64,000 bases of DNA. Source: Pseudomonadota bacterium. GTDB taxonomy: Bacteria; Bdellovibrionota; FAC87; UBA2466. The stretch is from assembly GCA_043718025.1 (NCBI GenBank), contig JAYSWN010000001.1, forward strand, positions 1 through 64,000, in the 5' to 3' direction. The stretch's first letter is position 1; each line of letters starts with the position of its first letter. The position numbers and the translations under genes were made by a program. Under the pieces are notes generated by a model that did not search any database, was not told the DNA's origin, and was given only the letters and a program-made list of their open reading frames with translations. This document shows positions 57,082 to 64,000 of this stretch, piece by piece.

Positions 57082-58203
57082 TTAAGACGAGTAACGTTTC
57101 AAAAAAAGAGCCTTCAGCTTCGGGTACTTTTTCAGAAGCGCTAAGGCGTAAGCGCTGTGGCCGGGGTAGTAGCCATTGCCAATGATAAACCTAGCCGAGC
57201 TGGCGACCCCTTCCGCTCCCAGCGCCACCTTGGAAAATGAAGTGGCCATTCCAAAAAAAATTGCGGTGCCTTTGGTGTTGGTGCTTAGCACGGCACTCAT
57301 TTCCGTGTCGGGCACCGACGCCACGTTCACTACAACGTCTCCCATTTTATCACGGGTAAGCTTGCCGACACTAGACGCCACCGCAATGGAATCGGTGGCG
57401 TCAATTTCTAAAACTTCGTCGCAGATTCCCAGCGCCCGAAGTTCGGCGGCAGCCGGCGCAAAAGGTTCGATGCCAATGATCTTGCCAGACTTACCTATTT
57501 TTTGGCGCGCCGCGAAACAGCTGAGAATTCCCGCTTTACCGCCGGCCCCGATGACGACCACTTTTTTTCCTGGTTTACAATGCGCGGCCACTAACGCCGG
57601 TGCTCCGGCCACATCGAACAAGCTTAGTGCGGCCCGCTCGGGGAGATCGAGTGGAATTTTGTCGGCAATTCCGCTTTCAAACAAAATGGCGTACCCGTTT
57701 ACCAGCAGTTGATGCGTTTTGGTGTCTACGGTTTCTACGCGCTCAAGGTTGAGCGGGGTAAGCGTTAGCGAAACCAAGGTGACGATGGTATCGCCCACTT
57801 TCGCTTTTACCGGACCGCGGTAATGCGAGCCAATCTGCTTAATTTTACCGAGCAGCATGCCGCCTGAACCGGTGACGCGGTTATGTTGTTTACCCTGCTT
57901 TTGGCAATTGGCCATTACGGTCAAAGCGATGTCGGCCACGCTGCCGCGCGTCTCTCTCTCCATCTGTACGAAACTGGCGGCGTCAATATTAAGGCGTTCG
58001 ACCTCAATTAAAATTTCATTTGAATAAATCGGTAGTGAGTTGTCTAAACGCTCTGCGGCTTGGGGAAGGCGAGGTTTTTCGTCGATGACGCGATGCAGCC
58101 CAAGTGGGTGGCCAAGTTCGGACCGTTCCTGCAAACGGGGCGTTGGTTTTATAGATACCCGTGGGCTTTTTTTGGACTTAAGAGTTTTTGACCGCATCGC
58201 CAT
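57082..58203 (-). CDS. kdd: L-erythro-3,5-diaminohexanoate dehydrogenase
   Basis: G.HRVI....LPQAA.RLDN, LNIDAASF.Q, GKQHN.VTGSGGML.G, TLVSLTLTPL, DVAGAPA, ALGAEGV, IGNGY. Confidence 0.9.
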   Translation of the reverse strand: MAMRSKTLKSKKSPRVSIKPTPRLQERSELGHPLGLHRVIDEKPRLPQAAERLDNSLPIYSNEILIEVERLNIDAASFVQMERETRGSVADIALTVMANCQKQGKQHNRVTGSGGMLLGKIKQIGSHYRGPVKAKVGDTIVTLVSLTLTPLNLERVETVDTKTHQLLVNGYAILFESGIADKIPLDLPERAALSLFDVAGAPALVAAHCKPGKKVVVIGAGGKAGILSCFAARQKIGKSGKIIGIEPFAPAAAELRALGICDEVLEIDATDSIAVASSVGKLTRDKMGDVVVNVASVPDTEMSAVLSTNTKGTAIFFGMATSFSKVALGAEGVASSARFIIGNGYYPGHSAYALALLKKYPKLKALFLKRYSS

Positions 58204-59233
58204 AAATTCGTTCTTCGGCGAGCCTGTCTGCCACTAAGAATGGAGGCAGCTTTTCTGCTTTCGAGCGCCGGTAGATCTCCTTAACCGTATCGTAGATCGC
58301 ATCGGCTTTTTTCAGGGCTTTTTCTTGGTTGTAGCCTTCGTATTCAATAAAAATATTGATGATCCCGCCGGAATTTACCGCGTAGTCAGGAGCGTAGAGA
58401 ATGCCCAGTTGGGCCAGTTTGTGGCCGTCTTCGAGGGTCGCCAACTGGTTGTTGGCGCAGCCCACTACCGCTTTGCAGCGCAAACGGGGGATGTTGAGGT
58501 GGTTTAAAATCGCCCCGCGCGCCGAGGGCGAAAAAATATCGCAGTCCACATCATAAATCTCTTCGAGGCCCACCACTTCCGCGCCCAACTCTATTTTGGC
58601 CCGGTCAAGTGCTTCGCCGCTGACGTCACAAACCCAAATTTTACCTCCGGCCTTCACTACGGACTCGGCAACGCCGTAACCTACGTGGCCAATGCCTTGC
58701 AAGGCCACCCGTGCGCCATTCAAGCTCTTGCCACCCGATAGCTCTTCCATGGTGGCCTCCAGGGCGCGGAACACCCCGCGGGCGGTGATCGGAGAGGGGT
58801 CACCACTGCTGCCCGGGGCGCCATCAATGCCTAAAACGAAACGCGTGCCACGCTTTACGTCGAAAAGATCGCGGCCAGTAATGTTCATGTCCTTAGCGGC
58901 CAAATAGTGGCCCCCAAACGAATCTACAAATTGCCCGAACGCGGTAAAAAGCTCGGTGGTTTTTTTTGTCGGATCGCCGATGAGCACGCTTTTGCCGCCT
59001 CCAAACCCAATGCCGGCCAGTGCCGACTTATACGACATGCCTTTAGAAAGGCGGAGAACGTCTTCCAGAGCCTCTTCCCTTTTGGCGTAGGGCAGCATGC
59101 GAATTCCACCGCACGCCGGGCCCAAGCTGGTGTTGTGAATTGCGATGATGCTTTTCATTCCACTCTTGGGTTCTTCGGCGTAAACCACTTTTTCGTATCC
59201 GGGGACGGTAATAATTTCAGTGTGCAATGACAT
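58178..59233 (-). CDS. Glu/Leu/Phe/Val dehydrogenase (leucine dehydrogenase-like)
   Basis: IIAIHNTSLGPA.GG.R, LSKGMSYK, GGGKSV, GDPSP.TA.GV, ANNQL, YAPDY.VNSGG. Start ATG 59233. Confidence 0.92.
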   Translation of the reverse strand: MSLHTEIITVPGYEKVVYAEEPKSGMKSIIAIHNTSLGPACGGIRMLPYAKREEALEDVLRLSKGMSYKSALAGIGFGGGKSVLIGDPTKKTTELFTAFGQFVDSFGGHYLAAKDMNITGRDLFDVKRGTRFVLGIDGAPGSSGDPSPITARGVFRALEATMEELSGGKSLNGARVALQGIGHVGYGVAESVVKAGGKIWVCDVSGEALDRAKIELGAEVVGLEEIYDVDCDIFSPSARGAILNHLNIPRLRCKAVVGCANNQLATLEDGHKLAQLGILYAPDYAVNSGGIINIFIEYEGYNQEKALKKADAIYDTVKEIYRRSKAEKLPPFLVADRLAEERIYGDAVKNS

Positions 59234-59348
59234 GGGTGCCTCGAAAGTAAACGTGGTACCGGCTAGTTCCTTGACGGGCAAGCGAATTTAGAAGTACCTC
59301 TCAAGGTATCACCTAACAAAAAAATAACTATCGTCGCAAAAACAACTT

Positions 59349-59993
59349 ATGACGTTTCCAAAAAGATTCATTGCGGTCGCAGGTAATATCGGCTCGGGCA
59401 AAACTACGCTTACCAATTTGCTGTCGCAGCATTATAGCTGGGAACCTCATTTTGAAGTGGTTACCGAGAATCCTTATTTGGCCGATTTCTATAACGACAT
59501 GAAGCGTTGGTCACTTCCGCTTCAAGTTTTTTTTCTCTCAAAAAGGTTTCAGGCGCACCAGGCCATTTTGACCCAAGGCCGCTCGGCCATTCAAGACCGA
59601 TCGATTTACGAAGATGCCCACATTTTTGCCCGTGCGTTATTTGAGGCCGGTAAGATGGAGAAGCGCGACTACGACAATTATTTTGAGCTTTATCAAACGA
59701 TGGCGCAGTTTTTGATGCCACCCGATCTGGTGGTGTACGTGAAGCGCTCTATACCGATGCTTAAAGAACGCATTCGTGAGCGCGGTCGCGATTACGAAAC
59801 CGACATTCCCACGGCGTATCTGGAGCATTTAAACGTATGCTACGACGAATGGATTGATGGCTACCGCCTCGGCAAGGTGCTCACCATCGAAGCCGATCAG
59901 ATGGACCTTAAAAACGATCCTACTCACTTTCAGTACGTGTGCGCGAAGATCGAAAACTCACTCGAACAGCCTGAGCTATTCACCGTCTGCTAA
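59349..59993 (+). CDS. Deoxynucleoside kinase (Dck/Dgk family)
   Basis: AGNIGSGKTT, NPYL.DFY, QDRSIYED, RGRDYE. Confidence 0.92.
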   Translation: MTFPKRFIAVAGNIGSGKTTLTNLLSQHYSWEPHFEVVTENPYLADFYNDMKRWSLPLQVFFLSKRFQAHQAILTQGRSAIQDRSIYEDAHIFARALFEAGKMEKRDYDNYFELYQTMAQFLMPPDLVVYVKRSIPMLKERIRERGRDYETDIPTAYLEHLNVCYDEWIDGYRLGKVLTIEADQMDLKNDPTHFQYVCAKIENSLEQPELFTVC

Positions 59994-60034
59994 TCGTAAT
60001 AGAATGAGCCCCTATTCACTCTGGGGGGAGTCGC

Positions 60035-61117
60035 ATGAAACGATTGCTGGCGGTTGCATTGGGCCTTTTACTACTTTGGGGCTGTGGTCAGAATAGCGGT
60101 AGCACGAGTGGCAGCGCCAACCTGGTCTTTTTAAGCTCAACCCTGGGCCGAGCGCCGGTGGCGCGGGCCGGTGCAGCCTGTAGCGTTAGCCCGGTAGGCC
60201 CTGCGGTGAGCGGGCTTTGCTACACCCCCACCAAAATTTCTGGCGTCTTTAGCCAAATTAGCATCAGCAAAACTTCGGGGGGCGCTCCGGCGCGTTCACT
60301 GGGGGGCGGTACCGAGGTTGGCTTTGCTAATATTTTTAAGAACGCGCCGTTTAATTTAAAAACCTCGCCCACCATCGCCTCTTCCGACGACAACCTTCAA
60401 GATGGCACTGGCCCCTACAATATTTTGTCAGTGACCATGCAGGCGCTCGAGATTGAGTTTACCGCCGAGAATCCGGCTAGGGTTTACCGCGTGCGCATCC
60501 CCTTTGCGTCAACCCCGCCGAGCAGTACGGCCGCCTACGCTACGTGCCTCACGGCGGGAGAAAAAGACGAAGCCGACAAGTACGGCAAACTTTTTGGCTC
60601 TTCCGTGGTGCAGGCCGGCGATATTTTGGTTTGTATCAAAAACACGGTGACCGAAACGTGCGCCGATGCCGATTACCAATGGGTGAATGGCACCGCTTTA
60701 GTTCCCATTCGTCCGGGCAGTCCAAAACAGATCGCGGGCACTTACCTGCTGAAGGCAGATGCTTGTGTAGCGGGGGCGAGCCGGCCCTCTATTACCTGGG
60801 GCAGCGCTACCATGGATCTCAATCTGAGTGCGGCGGTGGATCTAACCGCGGCGATTAGCGCGGGCAAAAAAACTTATACCTCGGGCAAGACTTCCGGCAG
60901 CACGTTGACCGCGACGATAGATATTACGTCGACAAATTCGCTGTTTGTACCCACCACCACGCTGGCCGGAGATTTAAATGCGGCGACCCAAACACAAATT
61001 TTGGGCGCCATCGATAACATCCTGCTTAAGCCCATCTACCTGAAGAAAGCGAAAACTTCGGCGGCCACGGTTACCGATGAAGGCATGAGCGCCACGGTCA
61101 CCGTAAAAATAGAATAA
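60035..61117 (+). CDS. Hypothetical Thr/Gly/Ser-rich lipoprotein
   Basis: GGAG RBS, lipobox LWGC, beta-rich composition, six further Cys. Confidence 0.75.
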   Translation: MKRLLAVALGLLLLWGCGQNSGSTSGSANLVFLSSTLGRAPVARAGAACSVSPVGPAVSGLCYTPTKISGVFSQISISKTSGGAPARSLGGGTEVGFANIFKNAPFNLKTSPTIASSDDNLQDGTGPYNILSVTMQALEIEFTAENPARVYRVRIPFASTPPSSTAAYATCLTAGEKDEADKYGKLFGSSVVQAGDILVCIKNTVTETCADADYQWVNGTALVPIRPGSPKQIAGTYLLKADACVAGASRPSITWGSATMDLNLSAAVDLTAAISAGKKTYTSGKTSGSTLTATIDITSTNSLFVPTTTLAGDLNAATQTQILGAIDNILLKPIYLKKAKTSAATVTDEGMSATVTVKIE

Positions 61118-61120
61118 CGA

Positions 61121-62257
61121 TTAGGTAAGGTCTTCGCCGCCGGCGAGATTTTTGGGAATCTCTTTGCGGCTGATGCAGTCGGCAAGCGTTTGGTGTTCAG
61201 GCAGACCGATGCTCTTGCCCACGGTGGTTACGTCCACCGGCTTGGTAACGTCGCAATAAACTTTTTTAGAGCTCTGAATGCGGTTGTAGGCGTCTTCAAT
61301 GGTTTTTAGGGGAATGCGCTTAGACTCTACCGCTTTGATCACGGCTTCCATCGCGTGCAGATGAATGTCCATGTCGCCGCGATAAATTAAAACGTCGCAG
61401 CCGGCAACTACCGAAAGAATGGCGGCTTCGTCGGAGCCATAGTTATCGGCGATGGCTTTCATTTCCATGTCGTCGCTGAAAATGAGGCGTGAAAAGCGCA
61501 GCTTCGCGCGCAAAATTTCTGTCAGAGTTTTATACGACATCGTGGCCGGGTAGGCGGAATCTAACGTGGGATTGATAATGTGGGCGGTCATGATGCCCTC
61601 CACGCGACTACGGATGGCACGACGAAAGGGAATAAATTCAAGCCCCTCAAGTTCATCGAGCGATTTGGTCACCTTGGGTAGCGACAAATGGGAGTCTTCG
61701 GCGGTGTCGCCGTGTCCAGGAAAGTGTTTGACCACCGAGATCACTCCCGATTTTTGAATGCCGCGGCTCACCGCCGAGCCAAGTCGGGCGCAAATTTCGG
61801 GGTCGGAAGAAAAGGCCCGGGTATTGATGATGGGTGATTTTGGGTTCGAATTTACATCCACTACCGGCGCGAAGTTAACGTTGATCCCCACCGCCTTAAG
61901 TTCTTTGCCGAGGATGGCGCCAAAGGCAAAGCCCACTTTCGGCGAGGCCATGTCGCCCAAAAAATCGTTGCTCGGAAATTTGGTGAAGGGCTTGTCCACC
62001 CGAGTCACCACGCCGCCTTCGTGATCAATCGAAATAAACAGCCCCGGCGTGTCTTTACCGCGGCAACCAAACTGAATCTCGTTCGAAAGTTCGGCCATCT
62101 GCGCGGGGCTTTCGACGTTGCGCTTGAAATAGATCGTTCCGCCCAAGTGGTGCTCTTGAATTAGCTTTTTAAATTCGTCAGGAACCGAATAGCCGTCAAA
62201 GCCCACGAGAAAAAGTTGCCCTACCATGTGCTTCAGGTTTTTGCCTTGCGTAGCCAT
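61121..62257 (-). CDS. nagZ: Beta-N-acetylhexosaminidase (GH3)
   Basis: IDHEGG.V.R, NFAPVVD, KHFPGHG....DSH, SDDMEM. Start ATG 62257. Confidence 0.93.
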   Translation of the reverse strand: MATQGKNLKHMVGQLFLVGFDGYSVPDEFKKLIQEHHLGGTIYFKRNVESPAQMAELSNEIQFGCRGKDTPGLFISIDHEGGVVTRVDKPFTKFPSNDFLGDMASPKVGFAFGAILGKELKAVGINVNFAPVVDVNSNPKSPIINTRAFSSDPEICARLGSAVSRGIQKSGVISVVKHFPGHGDTAEDSHLSLPKVTKSLDELEGLEFIPFRRAIRSRVEGIMTAHIINPTLDSAYPATMSYKTLTEILRAKLRFSRLIFSDDMEMKAIADNYGSDEAAILSVVAGCDVLIYRGDMDIHLHAMEAVIKAVESKRIPLKTIEDAYNRIQSSKKVYCDVTKPVDVTTVGKSIGLPEHQTLADCISRKEIPKNLAGGEDLT

Positions 62258-62315
62258 TGGCTGCCACTCTTTCGTTAGGAGGAGGGGTGAGTTACTGCGT
62301 CGATCAACGATACCC

Positions 62316-62344
62316 AGTATAAAATTGTCGGAGGGGCGAAGCAA
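62316..62344 (-). promoter_or_regulatory. Putative sigma70 promoter of nagZ
   Basis: Minus strand TTGCTT, 17 bp, TATACT. Confidence 0.5.
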
Positions 62345-62477
62345 GAAACACCCGCTCAATGGCCTAACTTTGCTGAGTTTAGAGATGCGTGGCGTTAACC
62401 GGATCGCCGTTTCTTCAGGTTACAATGTTCGCTTCACTTTCAATAAACTGCCCCCTCCCCCAAAAAAAGGATTGTTA

Positions 62478-63401
62478 ATGAAAAGCTCAGTCATCGCCCT
62501 AATTGCCCTGTTCACTCTTCTTCTGCTCGTGGCCTGCAGCAAGACCACCACCTCTGAAGCGGATGACACTTCTAATACGGACCTGGCCACCAGCGTGACC
62601 GAGGTAGGCGATATGGCAGGCTCCGGCGCAACCGGGGCGGGAAGGCTACTTGAAGAGATGGATGAAGCCTTAGAGGCTTTACCCCGGGCGAGCTGCAGCA
62701 CCATCGCCTTCGGCAGTTGTGTGTCGGGGGTTTTAGAGCGCAATTTTTCAAGCCCCACTGAGGGGTATTGTACCCGTGGCCCGGCAAACGGAATTCGTAC
62801 CTTTGGCAAAGCGATTCTAACTTTTGCCAATGTTACGGCCTGCGGTTTTGAAGCGGTGGGCGCGGCCGATACCAACACGCCAAGTATCACCCGAACTCTC
62901 GACAACCACTATTTGCAACGCGGGGCTTCCGGCCGAAAGCTATTGATCTACACGGGGGCCGGAACGGTTGGCGGACAGACGATTGGGGCCGACGACTTAA
63001 AAGACTTTGAAGGCACCACCCGTTCGGGCGGCGCTACCGTCAAAAAATTGACGACCGGCAAGAAGCTCACCATCAACGGCATTCACCGGCGCGGCCTCAC
63101 TGCCGGCGGCAAGTACACAATGTGGCACACTCTCTATACTGACGCCGATGGCATTACCGTGACCAATGCTGGTCTGGACCGGGTGATGGACGGAACGATG
63201 TACGTGATGCACAACCGCGCCAGCCGAAAAATTACGAAAACACTCACCGCGGTCACTTTTACGGCGGCCTGCCGTTTCCCGATTTCGGGCACCACGGCCT
63301 TTAGTTGGACCGGCGGATCGTTCACCGTAACTTGGGGAGCTTGCGGCTCGGCGACAGTGGATGGTGCGGCCACCACACTAGACACCGAGAGTGCAGGATA
63401 A
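62478..63401 (+). CDS. Hypothetical Thr/Gly-rich lipoprotein
   Basis: Start ATG 62478 after AAAGGA, lipobox LVAC, Cys pairs, beta-rich. Confidence 0.75.
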   Translation: MKSSVIALIALFTLLLLVACSKTTTSEADDTSNTDLATSVTEVGDMAGSGATGAGRLLEEMDEALEALPRASCSTIAFGSCVSGVLERNFSSPTEGYCTRGPANGIRTFGKAILTFANVTACGFEAVGAADTNTPSITRTLDNHYLQRGASGRKLLIYTGAGTVGGQTIGADDLKDFEGTTRSGGATVKKLTTGKKLTINGIHRRGLTAGGKYTMWHTLYTDADGITVTNAGLDRVMDGTMYVMHNRASRKITKTLTAVTFTAACRFPISGTTAFSWTGGSFTVTWGACGSATVDGAATTLDTESAG

Positions 63402-63428
63402 AGGTAGTTACGAAAAATGGGCCGCGGC

Positions 63429-64000
63429 TTAACCGCCGGCCAATTCGCCTTTTTCTTCTTTGGGCTTTCGAATAATCGATCGCTTGCCGCTGTCGAGGAT
63501 GCGCTTGCGTAAACGCAAGAAATGAGGGGTGACCTCAAGCACTTCGTCATCGGCCAGCCACGCCACGGCCCACTCGATGGTCATCGGGGGTACCGGCGTC
63601 AGAATAATGTTTTCGTCGGAACCGGCGGCGCGAATGTTGGTTAACTTCTTACCGCGGGTAGGATCGACGTTGATGTCGTTGGCCTTGTTGTGCTCGCCGC
63701 ACACCATGCCTTCGTAAACTTCGGTACCTTCAGGCACGAACATTTTTCCGCGCGGCTCGAGATTAAACAGGGCGTAACCAGTTGTTTCGCCCTTACGATC
63801 GCAAACGATGGCTCCGTTATTGCGATCCATTACGTGTCCCTTCCACGGAATGTAGCCTTTTAGGTAAGAGCTCATCAGACCAAGCCCGCGAGTGACGTTC
63901 ATGAACTCCGACCGGTAGCCAATCAAGCCACGCGAAGGGATATCAAACTCAAGACGAACTCGGTCGCTGCCACGCTTTTCTAAATTGGTCATCTCACCCT
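63429..64000 (-). CDS. typA: Translational GTPase TypA/BipA, C-terminal part (runs off the window)
   Basis: PSRGLIG.R, VYEGMV.GEH, KKLTN.RAAG.D, EVTP...RLRK. Confidence 0.95.
   Translation of the reverse strand, partial: GEMTNLEKRGSDRVRLEFDIPSRGLIGYRSEFMNVTRGLGLMSSYLKGYIPWKGHVMDRNNGAIVCDRKGETTGYALFNLEPRGKMFVPEGTEVYEGMVCGEHNKANDINVDPTRGKKLTNIRAAGSDENIILTPVPPMTIEWAVAWLADDEVLEVTPHFLRLRKRILDSGKRSIIRKPKEEKGELAGG

Overview
Bacterial chromosomal window of about 52% GC (by eye). Gene content suggests a Bdellovibrionota/Myxococcota-like (former 'deltaproteobacterial') organism; this is inferred from DUF4388, RDD, a TPR-LppC lipoprotein, kdd and many orphan secreted proteins. Most genes are housekeeping: dusB, tandem-domain thyX, xerC, hldC, mfd, gpsA, mutS, trmJ-grpE-dnaJ, dksA, lon, comF/comM, leucine dehydrogenase, kdd, nagZ and partial typA. 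The outstanding feature is a 14.8-kb, 14-gene apparent operon (16374-31168) with two complete, divergent, tandem copies of only the seven membrane-arm subunits of respiratory complex I (nuoA-H-J-K-L-M-N twice). No peripheral-arm gene (nuoB,C,D,E,F,G,I) is present in the window. NuoL of copy 1 has a 27-residue tandem duplication in its transverse amphipathic helix, making that segment 28 aa longer than in copy 2. This is the known signature of four-pump '2M' complexes, yet copy 1 has only one nuoM. The locus may therefore encode two alternative membrane arms with different proton stoichiometry (inference). Other items of note: an orphan signal-peptide-bearing circularly permuted ATP-grasp ligase, a DARS-like DnaA-box triad after mutS, a 5'-disrupted beta-propeller gene beside comM, a sigma28-like promoter before lon, recurrent IHF-like sites and REP-like palindromes. 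I recognised no rRNA, tRNA, CRISPR array or transposase. All calls come from motif recognition by eye; no searches were run.
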